Shown: positions 44,122 to 53,662 of the stretch, in pieces
How positions within the stretch are numbered: position 1 is the stretch's first letter
Layout of the letters: each line of letters starts with the position of its first letter
DNA from: a virus
Direction: 5' to 3' (one strand)
IMG/VR virus record: IMGVR_UViG_3300017987_000070
Location: 1 to 64,000 of that record
DNA: 64,000 nucleotides
Made by a program: the position numbers and the translations under genes
Notes under the pieces: generated by a model
What the model saw: the letters and a program-made list of their open reading frames with translations, nothing else
Told to the model about the DNA's origin: nothing
Database searches by the model: none

Positions 44122-46261
44122 TTGGCAGCAACTAGACCTTGGATTTGAGGCAGTTCTTTCGCCCCTCTCTACGGGCATCTCCGGTTCGGTTGGAGGTCTG
44201 GCAGGTATCTTGCAGACCGGCATCGCCGTGTTGGACGTACTCTCCTCTTTCCTCGTCGTCAACAGCAGCCCTCTCCTGGGTGCCGTGGAGACATTGCGTG
44301 CCGAGATCCTCAACCTTTTGCAAGACCTGGGGGAAACCGGCGTGTACGGTCTCTTTCTGGTACCCGAGACCCTTGAGGAGTATGTTCAGTACCGTGGTGG
44401 GTACGGTAAGTTCCAGCAGTTGTTTCTGGAGTCCCTCAACGACGTGGACGATCTGGAGCGCCCTCAATTCCCTTCGACGGCGGCTCTTGGCGGCGTCATT
44501 CTGTACCTGAGTTCCGAGGACCCCCTCAACCTCCTCCTCAACGGCGCCGAACTCTTCGAGTTCTTCTCCCGCCCCTTCCCTCTGGGCCTCCCCGCCCCGG
44601 TCAACCTCACGGCATCTCCTGTCTTCAATGACGGGTCGGGTAACGTGAGCCGGATCAAGGTCATAGACACCTTCACCGGCAACACGAGTCAGCCTAACGC
44701 GCTCCTCTTCGAGTGGCAAGAGCCCCGTGTATCCAGGGATGTATTCTTCGACTTCTTTCGTAGCACGAAGTTCATTCTGGAGCGATCCAAGAGCCGTGAG
44801 GGTACCCTCATCCTCAAGCCCTCGGAAGACGAATCTCCTACCCGAGTGACTCCGCTGGACAAGCGCGTCAGCCGAGAGGGACGAGCCAAGTCGGCTTCTG
44901 AACCTCTCTTGGACGCCAAGGGAAGGCCGATATACTACTGGGAGCCCGTGGACCCCAACGACCCCTTCATTGAGGCGGCTGACCTCCTAGACGATACGTC
45001 GGATGTGACGAACTTCAACTTCATCGCAGGCTCCTACGCGTTCGTTCTGAACGTCCCCCCTGGGATTGACAACGGGTTCTACTACCGAGTACGAGCCGTT
45101 CCTCAAGACGCGACCTTGGATACGGTTCAAGGCCGGGTGTTCACGCCCGAAGGGGAGGAAGATCGCTTGTACTTCGTGCTTAAGAGGAACGGTGAGGTTC
45201 TTTCGTCGGACACGGCACCTGCTTCGGCTCCTGTCAAGGGGTTTATCCCCGAGGTCGACACGACCTTCGACTTGCCGTCAGCCTTGCTCAATGTGTACCG
45301 CGCTGCGTACAAGCTCCGCTTCGACACGGACGTGTTCAACACCTCGGGTGACTTGGCGATCGGGTCTTCATCTATCACCCCAACGCTCCCTGAATCTCTC
45401 TTCAGGAGTCTCCGTCAAACCCTTGTGTATGAGCAAGGCGACAACCCGGACGTGCTCTACTTCCCCGAGCCTCTCTTCGAGACCAGTGACATCACGACGT
45501 ACACGACGTCGGCGGGGAGTCTGGAGAACAACCTCGTAGCCGACGCGGCGGAATTCGATCCCTTCGGAGGTATCGACGAGTTCATTCAACCCAGGCTCTC
45601 TTTGACCGACTCCGAGCGTGTTCTCCTGGCGATTGACCGGGTGGCGATTCCTCAAGTCCAGAGCATCACTTCCATCGTCGCCAACAATGAAGGTCTCTTC
45701 GAGGTCTTCCGTCAACTTTACACGGCGAACCAAGTGTCCATTGAAGGTGTCTTGGAGTCCGAGGTACCTCTCTTCCTGTTCAACGGGGACGATGCTCAGG
45801 TACGTGGGGAGGTCTTCAGCCTCCTCCAGCTCGTCAATGGGTTCTCACGCACGGGCGCTCCTCCCAACTGGCAGTCGGTCAAGGTCCTAGACGACCTCTT
45901 CCCTGACGCGAGCGAGGCCGTGGACCGCCTGTTCAACCTCATCACCAGCTTCGAGGCTCTCTTGCAAGATGCGACCACGGAGCTGCAAGGGACGATCGAA
46001 GGCATCCAAGACCGGCTCGCCACGCTCACGGCGCTCTTGGATCGAATCGACACGCTCATCGCCTCTCTCAACGCGATCCTGACCCTGGACTTCGACATCA
46101 ACCTCCTCTACATCCCGCCCGCAGCAGGGGGCAACTCGCGTGTGATCTCCGAGGTCTTGACGGCAACGAACCCTCCCGACTCGGACCCCAACGATTACTT
46201 CCTGGCTATCGCTCTCCTGGGAGGCACGGCAGACATTTTCTCACTCATCTTCGGGGTCTGA
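44114..46261 (+). CDS. Baseplate-associated structural protein (FN3-like middle domain, helical ends)
   Basis: PAPVNLTA...FEWQEP...FYYRVRAVP FN3-like pattern. Terminal YGLFLVP and NLLYIPP..GG repeats. Confidence 0.55.
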   Translation: MADWQQLDLGFEAVLSPLSTGISGSVGGLAGILQTGIAVLDVLSSFLVVNSSPLLGAVETLRAEILNLLQDLGETGVYGLFLVPETLEEYVQYRGGYGKFQQLFLESLNDVDDLERPQFPSTAALGGVILYLSSEDPLNLLLNGAELFEFFSRPFPLGLPAPVNLTASPVFNDGSGNVSRIKVIDTFTGNTSQPNALLFEWQEPRVSRDVFFDFFRSTKFILERSKSREGTLILKPSEDESPTRVTPLDKRVSREGRAKSASEPLLDAKGRPIYYWEPVDPNDPFIEAADLLDDTSDVTNFNFIAGSYAFVLNVPPGIDNGFYYRVRAVPQDATLDTVQGRVFTPEGEEDRLYFVLKRNGEVLSSDTAPASAPVKGFIPEVDTTFDLPSALLNVYRAAYKLRFDTDVFNTSGDLAIGSSSITPTLPESLFRSLRQTLVYEQGDNPDVLYFPEPLFETSDITTYTTSAGSLENNLVADAAEFDPFGGIDEFIQPRLSLTDSERVLLAIDRVAIPQVQSITSIVANNEGLFEVFRQLYTANQVSIEGVLESEVPLFLFNGDDAQVRGEVFSLLQLVNGFSRTGAPPNWQSVKVLDDLFPDASEAVDRLFNLITSFEALLQDATTELQGTIEGIQDRLATLTALLDRIDTLIASLNAILTLDFDINLLYIPPAAGGNSRVISEVLTATNPPDSDPNDYFLAIALLGGTADIFSLIFGV

Positions 46262-46262
46262 T

Positions 46263-46898
46263 ATGGCGTTCAACTTCCTCGGCACGTTCTCGGCAGATGA
46301 AATACAAGCGCTCTTGCTCTTTGCGCAAGACCAACTTCCCGACATTGACGCCAAGGTAGCGTACCTTCAAGGTCAGATCAACCGGATCGGGTGGATTCAG
46401 TACACGCTGGATGAACAGAGGGTACCTTCCTCTTACGTCATTGAACCCGAGAATTCCCTCCTCGCCAAGTATGTCCGCTCCTATCAGTTCTATGGGGGCG
46501 ACTTGCTCGACCTCTCTGTACGTTCAAGAGGTCAGTGGATTTCGTTCACTCAGGCAGAACCCTCCCTTGACTCAAACCAAGTGAGCGATGCTGGATCTCT
46601 TGTCGGAACGGCTCAGGTGCAAGACGAAGAGAACCTGCACGCAGACGACATCGTGCCTGCCATCGCGGTGAGCAAGGTCAAGGATTTCATCACCCCGGCC
46701 CTCCAGGGTAAGCGGGAGCACTACGAGTTCAAGATCAAGAAAGCCATTGACCTCGCGGACCAATACCTCGAAGAGATTATTCTATTGGTTCGTAGGGCAA
46801 CTGATGGTGACGAATCCCTAGAGTTTCTGCAACAGCAGATTCAGTTCTACCTCAATGACGCAGCGTTCCCCTCAGCCGGGAGGAAGCCACGTCTTTGA
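46263..46898 (+). CDS. Hypothetical structural protein
   Basis: 211 aa, tightly packed in the baseplate operon. Confidence 0.6.
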   Translation: MAFNFLGTFSADEIQALLLFAQDQLPDIDAKVAYLQGQINRIGWIQYTLDEQRVPSSYVIEPENSLLAKYVRSYQFYGGDLLDLSVRSRGQWISFTQAEPSLDSNQVSDAGSLVGTAQVQDEENLHADDIVPAIAVSKVKDFITPALQGKREHYEFKIKKAIDLADQYLEEIILLVRRATDGDESLEFLQQQIQFYLNDAAFPSAGRKPRL

Positions 46899-46916
46899 GC
46901 CTTCTGGACGTGAAGC

Positions 46917-47993
46917 ATGGCGAAAGACCTCCTACTCAAACATGTATGCCCGCACTTCGTGGTACGAGAGTGGTTGGCGATCGAATCCGACCGGACGATC
47001 ATCAACACGGTGCGTCTCCCCTCCTCAGTCCGGGTGGAAGTCAGGGCGAACGGGATCATCATCCCCAACGGGGGCCTCACCTCCCCGGTGAGTGTAGCTT
47101 CCCGCAACGCAGAGCCCTTCGAGATCACCCGCAACGTCAATGACGAGCTTCGCTTTACCGTAAACGAAGGCTCGCTTCAGACGGTGTTCCTCCCCACGGG
47201 TCAGAACGTCACGACGGCGCTCATCGTCGAGGCGATCAACGAGCAAGCTCAAGGTCTCGTGGCAGAAGAGAGCAACCGTCGCATACGCCTGACTACCGAC
47301 ACGACAGGAGAGAGCACAACTCTCTATCTCCAGGGCGGCTCGGCACACACGACGCTGGGGTTCACTTCCTCCCGCTTCTACCGAGGGAAGACGATCTTTC
47401 CTGCCTGGAACCTCACGCGCCGTCCTAACACGGTTGACCCTCTGGAGCGTCGGATTGAGTTTGCCAATCCAGTCCGCACCGCTGATGACATCTTCGAGGT
47501 GTCCTACTTCACGCGCCGTCAAGAATGCCGAAGGTGCTCGGGTCTGGGCATAGAAAACGACATCCGATTCGACGACCGGGGTGACCCCATCTTCGTGACC
47601 GGCATCGATCTCCTCGCCCAAGAGGTGGAGAAGATCACGTTCACGATCCGAGGGAGCAACGTCTTCTACAATTGGTACGGCACCTCGATCACGGATCTCA
47701 TCGGGACCAAGATCATCCGGGGAGGCTCTCTAATCGAGACGCAGTTGCTCACTGAGATCAGCAACACGCTGGAGAGGTTCCGGTCGGTCAAGACTCAGCA
47801 GGCAGGCTTGCAGCCGGTGGGAGACCAAGAGTTCTTCCAACGGGTCCGAAACATCAGCGTCGTGCAAGACCCTGACGACCCTACCGTGTTCCGCATCCGA
47901 ATCGACATCCAAAACGCCGCCGATGAGGTAGCTCAGTTGCAGCAGAACCTCGTATTGCAAGGCGGAGTTCAAGGCCCCCAACTCGTAGGATAA
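46917..47993 (+). CDS. Baseplate wedge protein, gp25-like C-terminal domain
   Basis: LLAQEVEKITFTIRGSNVFYNWYGTSI...DDPTVFRIRIDI is gp25/GPW-like. CPH and CRRC motifs. Precedes baseplate J. Confidence 0.7.
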   Translation: MAKDLLLKHVCPHFVVREWLAIESDRTIINTVRLPSSVRVEVRANGIIIPNGGLTSPVSVASRNAEPFEITRNVNDELRFTVNEGSLQTVFLPTGQNVTTALIVEAINEQAQGLVAEESNRRIRLTTDTTGESTTLYLQGGSAHTTLGFTSSRFYRGKTIFPAWNLTRRPNTVDPLERRIEFANPVRTADDIFEVSYFTRRQECRRCSGLGIENDIRFDDRGDPIFVTGIDLLAQEVEKITFTIRGSNVFYNWYGTSITDLIGTKIIRGGSLIETQLLTEISNTLERFRSVKTQQAGLQPVGDQEFFQRVRNISVVQDPDDPTVFRIRIDIQNAADEVAQLQQNLVLQGGVQGPQLVG

Positions 47994-47996
47994 ACC

Positions 47997-50900
47997 ATGC
48001 CCGCTACACCCCCACAGTTCAATCGAGTCCAGGGAGGCACGTCCACCACGTTGAATCTGGTCACGACGATCCGCGATCAGGTCTTCACCGGGGTCATTGA
48101 TACCAACACCGTCGACCTCCAAGTGAGCGTGGACGGTGCTCCTTTTCGCGCGGACCCAACGCTCGTGGAGTTCGATCAGTCCACGTTCACGATCCCCAAC
48201 AGGAACGTGTTCCCTGACGGCTTGAGCTTGAACTTCGGGAGGAACGTCATCCAAGTGCGCGCCGTGGACACCACTGGAGCGGTCTCGTCTCCCTCTACTG
48301 TCACGGTCGACCTCCTCCGTGAAACCGAGGTGGACCTCGTGAGCGCTCCTCCTACGGGCATCCGTCTACGCAGGAAGCGTGCCAGCGTGGAGGTCGTTTT
48401 CGCTCAAAGCGATCTCCAGAACGTGAGAGGTTACAATGTTTACGCGTCTACCGAGCCCGGAGGGGGGACCTCGGGTTACTTCAAGCTCAACCGAGACCTC
48501 ATCACCGACGTGGCGTTTCAAGAAGAAACTCTCACCGCTGTATCTGAGAATGACACCTCCACTTCGGGCATCAGGACCGTGTTCTTGGACTCGGAGTTCG
48601 GTGAGGTCGGGGTCACTATTGATCAAAGAGACTTCAACGATACCGTCCTCTCCTCGAATGAGACCCAGTTGGTAGACGCGTCCCTGGGGGGAGCGAGACT
48701 GAAGGTCACCACGACCGTCGAGAGCGTGACGACCACGAACTTCCTCCTCTTCGAACATAACCGAAGTGCGACCGAAGCTCAAGGCACGATCAACAATGAG
48801 TTCTTCGTGGACATCCCCGATGATGAGCCCTTGTACTACGTGATCACCACGGTGGTCTACGACCCCATCACCAATCGAGAGATAGAGTCTGCGTTCTCCT
48901 CGGAACTCACGGGACTCCCCCTGGCGATTGATTCCCAGATTCGAGAGATTCCCCGTAGGACTCGCTTTGACGTCTCAGAGGATTACATTGACTCGATTTT
49001 GAGCATAGACAATGAGATATCGGTCATCCCAGGGTCGGTAGTACGGGACATCTTCATTGACCCGTTCGCCACGGAAGCCGAGCGCCTGTACTTCGTAGCG
49101 GACTTTATCTCACGTTCGCAGAGCTTCGCGACGTTGCTCGTAGTCGACGGGTCCGATTCCTACAAGGCAGCTCTTGCTTCGGCTCTTGGAATCAACGCCA
49201 CGACTGACGTGCAGCCGATCATCGACGACAGTTTCGACAAGCTCGCGGGGAACAATCAGGTCACACGTCAGGGTGCAGAGATCGCCTTGGGTGAAGTGGT
49301 GTTCTTCACTCCCAACGAACCTACTCAGGACATCGTGATCGAAGCCGGTACGTCTGTAGGCACCGACAGTAACGTCACCTTCACGGTGACCGCCACAACA
49401 ACACTGCCCTTCGCAGATCGCGCCTCTTACTTCAACCTTCAGCGTCAACGCTATGAGATCACGGTCCCCGTGCAAGCCGACGATGCAGGATCAGCAGGGA
49501 ACGTCCCTGCGAACACGATCCGCAACACGCTCGGAGGCGTGGGCACGCTTCAGGTGACGAACCTCGAAGCGACTCAGTTTGGACGCGACGAAGAGTCCAA
49601 CGAAGACCTCGCCACCCGAGCCATCCTCGCGTTCTCATCAGTGGACGCAGGAACCGAAGCGGGCTATCTTGCCACCGCGCTCAGACAGCAAGGGGTGTTC
49701 AGGGCACTCGTGGTAGAAGCGGGCGATCAGTACATGGCACGCGACTACGACGAAGTTCGTATGAAGAACATCGGAGGCAAGGTTGACGTCTGGGTTCAAG
49801 GCGAGAAGCTCGTCACCGTCTCTGACACCTTCGCGTTGCAGTTCGATGTGGAGAGGGATGTACGCTTCTTCCTCGACTCCAACCCTTCGGACCTCATCTT
49901 CGTGGCAGACGACGACCGTTTGTCTCCCGAGGCTCCCATCACTCAAGTGTTGGGTGAGACCCCCAGTGAGATCGCGCAAGGGTTTGGGTTCAGGAACCTC
50001 ACGTCGGGAGAGACGTTTGACCTCTCCGGCGTGGCGATTCTCGACTTCAACCGTATCCAGCTCAACACGGCGATCCCACAACCTGCGGTCAACCCAAACG
50101 ACCTCATTTCAGGAGACTACAGGTTCCGTGAGAGTGATCAGTTCGTGTTCACCCGACAGCCGGTAAGGAGCGTCAACTCCGTGCAGAGCATCACCTCGGG
50201 GGACACTCTCGCCCGAGGGACCAACTACGACCTCTTCAAGCTCGAAGATCCTCTCTTCGAGGGGGAGTCGACGCAGGCTCAAGACTTCTTGCAAATCACG
50301 CAGGCCAACGGCATTCCCACAGGTGATGTGGTCATCGTGAACAACGAGAGCCACGTGCTCATCGGTCAAATCCCCGAGGCGTTGAACAACCTGGGTGTAA
50401 GTCCTCTTACGGTACGCGTGTTCAACCTGGGTCGCACCATCGAGTATGCGGGACCCACGGCAGCTACCCCGGACTTCTTTATCAACCCCGGTGACGAGAC
50501 GACTCCTCTGGAGCTTGTCCGCAACCCAGATGGTACGATCACCAACGGTCAAGAAGTCGTCGTCGACTACGAACACGATGAGAACTTCTCCGTCGAGTAC
50601 GTCATCAACGAGGTGGTACAAGACGTCCAGAACGCCGTGGAAGCTCAAAGGCACGTAACGGCTGATGTTCTGGTCAAGCAGGCGATTGAGAACCCGGTGG
50701 ACCTCGAAATCACGATCGTGCTGGCTCCTGGCGCGGTTCAAGCAGTCGTGGACGCTGCGGTAAGGACCAACGTGTCTCAGTTGCTCAACTCTCTGGGCAT
50801 CGGTGAGCCCGTCCACCAGAGCGACATCCTTCGGGTGATTGAGAACACTCCGGGCGTGGACTACGTGGTGGTGCCTCTCGCGCGACTGACACACGCAGAC

Positions 50901-51401
50901 GACAACCTCATCGTGAGGGAAGTCCTGAACAACGCGTTCACCTTCTTGGAGCAGACCGCCGTGTCCAAGCTCTATGTTCTACAAGACGCGCTCAACTTCT
51001 CGACGAGTGATGGGGGTGGTGCCGACAATCTACACAAGGGCGTCTTCCAAGATCGCCTCCCCTTGACCCTCGTGTCTTCTTATGCAGGGCTAGGAAGCAG
51101 GACGAACGCGGCTCTGATCGTGGGCAACGGAGGACTCATCATTGACGGGTACTCCGACGACACGACGCTTGAAGCCGCAGGGTTCGACACAGAGGCGGAG
51201 AAGACAGCTCAGAGGTTGGCCCTCACGGCAAATCGAATCTTCCTCTCCCTGGAGAACGCGGACTCTCCCGAGAACCACGAGTACGAGGTCACTTACGCCT
51301 CCTCGGGGGATACACAGACTCGGAGCACCATCACGCTCACGGATGTGACCTACGCGGAGCTTGGAGACCTGACGATCACGTTCCGTGCTGCCGGTACCTG
51401 A
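47997..51401 (+). CDS. Baseplate J-like (gp6) wedge protein with N-terminal Ig/FN3-like domains
   Basis: PGSVVRDIFIDP, A.GEVVF, GSAGNVPANTI, VTNLEATQFGRDEESNEDL and GGKVDVWVQG are baseplate J signatures. Confidence 0.85.
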   Translation: MPATPPQFNRVQGGTSTTLNLVTTIRDQVFTGVIDTNTVDLQVSVDGAPFRADPTLVEFDQSTFTIPNRNVFPDGLSLNFGRNVIQVRAVDTTGAVSSPSTVTVDLLRETEVDLVSAPPTGIRLRRKRASVEVVFAQSDLQNVRGYNVYASTEPGGGTSGYFKLNRDLITDVAFQEETLTAVSENDTSTSGIRTVFLDSEFGEVGVTIDQRDFNDTVLSSNETQLVDASLGGARLKVTTTVESVTTTNFLLFEHNRSATEAQGTINNEFFVDIPDDEPLYYVITTVVYDPITNREIESAFSSELTGLPLAIDSQIREIPRRTRFDVSEDYIDSILSIDNEISVIPGSVVRDIFIDPFATEAERLYFVADFISRSQSFATLLVVDGSDSYKAALASALGINATTDVQPIIDDSFDKLAGNNQVTRQGAEIALGEVVFFTPNEPTQDIVIEAGTSVGTDSNVTFTVTATTTLPFADRASYFNLQRQRYEITVPVQADDAGSAGNVPANTIRNTLGGVGTLQVTNLEATQFGRDEESNEDLATRAILAFSSVDAGTEAGYLATALRQQGVFRALVVEAGDQYMARDYDEVRMKNIGGKVDVWVQGEKLVTVSDTFALQFDVERDVRFFLDSNPSDLIFVADDDRLSPEAPITQVLGETPSEIAQGFGFRNLTSGETFDLSGVAILDFNRIQLNTAIPQPAVNPNDLISGDYRFRESDQFVFTRQPVRSVNSVQSITSGDTLARGTNYDLFKLEDPLFEGESTQAQDFLQITQANGIPTGDVVIVNNESHVLIGQIPEALNNLGVSPLTVRVFNLGRTIEYAGPTAATPDFFINPGDETTPLELVRNPDGTITNGQEVVVDYEHDENFSVEYVINEVVQDVQNAVEAQRHVTADVLVKQAIENPVDLEITIVLAPGAVQAVVDAAVRTNVSQLLNSLGIGEPVHQSDILRVIENTPGVDYVVVPLARLTHADDNLIVREVLNNAFTFLEQTAVSKLYVLQDALNFSTSDGGGADNLHKGVFQDRLPLTLVSSYAGLGSRTNAALIVGNGGLIIDGYSDDTTLEAAGFDTEAEKTAQRLALTANRIFLSLENADSPENHEYEVTYASSGDTQTRSTITLTDVTYAELGDLTITFRAAGT

Positions 51402-51413
51402 TAGGAGACCCAT

Positions 51414-52724
51414 ATGGCCGATAACGGATTCAACGGGGAGAAGCAGTTCCCCTACCCCCTCACGCACACAGGGAAGGGTTACGACCTCGCAGTCCAGACG
51501 CGAGCGACTGCGATCCAAAGCTCCCTCCAGGGGTTCCTGGCGTCCAACTACCGCGCGACCATCCCTTCCCCCGAGTACGCCAAGTTCCTGCGGTCTATCT
51601 CGTTTGAACTCGCCAAGCTCACCGTAGGTCTGGAAGAGCTTAGCGCGGACATTGACTTCGGAGAGGTGCGTCCCGAGTTCCTCTTCCAGACCGTCGCCTA
51701 CTACATCTTTCGGGATGGGGACCTCCCTGACCTTGAGCTATCGGACGAGGGGTTCAGGGAGTTCCTGTTGACCATCTTGGAGATCTTCTTTCAGGGGTCC
51801 ACCCCAGAGAGCATCCGTGACGCAGTGAGACTCTTCACCGAGGAGAACTTCACGCTCAAGGAGAACTTCGTCGAAGCGCGTTCCCCTACATCACCCCTGG
51901 ACATCTCGGATCAGTTCGGCTTTACGGTGGAGTTTGACCTCCAGAACGGTCAGTTCCCTCCCGACCTCTTCACGCTCCAAGACAACATCAACCTCCTGAT
52001 CAAGATCGTCAAGCCCGCACACACGCTGTTCACGGTCTCATACCTCTTCCAAGACGACTATTCTGGCCCCGTAGACGACGATGGGAACGTCGCCCTGGAC
52101 GATGTGTCTCTGGCCCTCGTAGACAGGCGCTATGACGACGTGAGGCGCTACTGTAAGGGGATGGCAGGCTGGTCAGCGTCAACGGGTTTCGGGACGCTGG
52201 GGTCTCTGTTCACCTTCCGAGACGAAGCTGTAAGTTCACCCTTGTCATCGGTTCGTGTTGGTGCTACACTGACGATCACATCAGGCCCAAACACGGGAGT
52301 GTACCGTGTCACAGGGAACGTAGACGATGACGCCGTGACGATCACTCCTCGCTTGAAGGAACCCGAGACCGACATTGAGTACAAGATCGAAGTGGACCGC
52401 TTGGGTAAGAATCAAGAGAGGTTCATTCAAGGCGAGGACGCTTCAGCTCAGTTCAAGAGCCCGTTGATCTTCGACATCGAACTGGACGGTCCTTATACCG
52501 TGGCAGGTGGAGGGAACTTCACGGCGACGGCAGTAGGGAACTTCTCGGGCGATGTCACCTACGAGTGGAATTTCGGTGACGGCGACTTCCTTTATGATGA
52601 TGCAACGGGAACTATGGCGACGTTCACAGCGCCCGTAGGACCCGCCGAGAGGCTCATCCGAGTCAAAGGAACAACCGCTGATGGTCGTGTAAGAGTGGCA
52701 GAGACCACCGTGACCATCACCTGA
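51414..52724 (+). CDS. Baseplate wedge protein (gpI/gp7-like) with C-terminal PKD-like domain
   Basis: FFQGSTPESI...IVKPAHTLF motif following baseplate J. TYEWNFGDG is a PKD signature. Confidence 0.7.
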   Translation: MADNGFNGEKQFPYPLTHTGKGYDLAVQTRATAIQSSLQGFLASNYRATIPSPEYAKFLRSISFELAKLTVGLEELSADIDFGEVRPEFLFQTVAYYIFRDGDLPDLELSDEGFREFLLTILEIFFQGSTPESIRDAVRLFTEENFTLKENFVEARSPTSPLDISDQFGFTVEFDLQNGQFPPDLFTLQDNINLLIKIVKPAHTLFTVSYLFQDDYSGPVDDDGNVALDDVSLALVDRRYDDVRRYCKGMAGWSASTGFGTLGSLFTFRDEAVSSPLSSVRVGATLTITSGPNTGVYRVTGNVDDDAVTITPRLKEPETDIEYKIEVDRLGKNQERFIQGEDASAQFKSPLIFDIELDGPYTVAGGGNFTATAVGNFSGDVTYEWNFGDGDFLYDDATGTMATFTAPVGPAERLIRVKGTTADGRVRVAETTVTIT

Positions 52725-52735
52725 AAGGAGTTGCT

Positions 52736-53035
52736 ATGCCCGTAAATTATGGAAAGTTCGCTAAAAAAGACCTCGAACCCGAGGTCGTAGCGGAACTGGA
52801 GAAGCTTTCAGAGTACCTTGAGATTCATGGCGCACCCCAATCCTCGGTAGAAATGCTTACACGCCCTAGTCTTGCTGCTCCTGAGAGGCGCTTTAACTCC
52901 AAGGTGGGACCCCTGAGTGTCCTCACCTTCGGCGCACCGAACCCTGAGATTGGAGCCCGAGCTGTCCGAAGGATTCGCAAGAAGCTAGCCAAGGCTTACC
53001 CTGACATGAAGCAGCCCGAGGAAACGAAAGTATGA
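52736..53035 (+). CDS. Hypothetical protein
   Basis: RBS AAGGAG; 99 aa. Confidence 0.6.
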   Translation: MPVNYGKFAKKDLEPEVVAELEKLSEYLEIHGAPQSSVEMLTRPSLAAPERRFNSKVGPLSVLTFGAPNPEIGARAVRRIRKKLAKAYPDMKQPEETKV

Positions 53036-53163
53036 AATGTAAGCTTAACGCCCTGGTTCTTGTAGACGAGGCTCTCGTGAAGAGCGCCGGTAAGCTTCGT
53101 GATAGACTCAAAGACCGCTATCCCGAACTCCACCAGAAGTACCAATCGTGGGAGCCGAAATGA
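53032..53163 (+). CDS. 43-aa ORF (not in ORF track), ATGA-coupled on both sides
   Basis: MKCKLNALVLVDEALVKSAGKLRDRLKDRYPELHQKYQSWEPK* fills the gap exactly. Confidence 0.55.
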   Translation: MKCKLNALVLVDEALVKSAGKLRDRLKDRYPELHQKYQSWEPK

Positions 53164-53570
53164 ACTTTTCCAGACCGTACATGAGCCCTGATCGGATGCG
53201 AGGCATGTTCTCGTGTGAGCCCGGTTGGCATTCTCTGATCGAAGAGTTCGTCACCTCTGTCGACGAAATGATGAGTCAGGATGACAACCCTCTGGGTCTG
53301 TCTCCCTGGAAAGACTTCAGGGTGCTTCAGGTGAAGCAGAAGTGGGGCACGCTCACTATCTATTACACGGGAGAGCCTGAGCACCGGAAGCAAGACCTCA
53401 TCTCCCTCGTGTACGGTCTGGCAGAAAGGTCGGAATCCATGTGCGAGGAGTGCGGCAAGGTCTTCGACAAGCCCCATATGAACGCCCGGTGCTCCGACGA
53501 ATGCGAAGAGACTCGATTGGAGCGCAGGCAGAGGCTCGTCATGGCTCGGAAAGAGTCGAAGAAGAAGTGA
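53160..53570 (+). CDS. Phage protein with QVK(Q/E)K(W/F)G-LxxY and CxxC motifs
   Basis: CEPGW..LI, VLQVKQKWGTLTIYY and SESMCEECG...C..C match a widespread phage hypothetical family. Confidence 0.65.
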   Translation: MNFSRPYMSPDRMRGMFSCEPGWHSLIEEFVTSVDEMMSQDDNPLGLSPWKDFRVLQVKQKWGTLTIYYTGEPEHRKQDLISLVYGLAERSESMCEECGKVFDKPHMNARCSDECEETRLERRQRLVMARKESKKK

Positions 53571-53580
53571 TAGCTTCTTC

Positions 53581-53609
53581 TTGAAGATCTGGGGATAAGC
53601 CGCTATAAG
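53581..53609 (+). promoter_or_regulatory. Sigma70-like promoter TTGAAG-17-TATAAG with GCCGC extension
   Basis: Same motif as the two minus-strand promoters; upstream of the RNA repair gene. Confidence 0.6.
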
Positions 53610-53662
53610 AGGGTGAAAGCTTCTACGGAAGCAACACCCTCTTTCTTTTTGGAGTCCGAGTC

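Noticed and set aside
3465-52724. Chromosomal T6SS/eCIS/tailocin locus rather than phage
   Set aside because: No TssJLM/ClpV or Afp15-like ATPase and no host genes. The RNA ligase, SNF2 and many phage-type hypotheticals favour a large phage, though capsid genes are outside the window.
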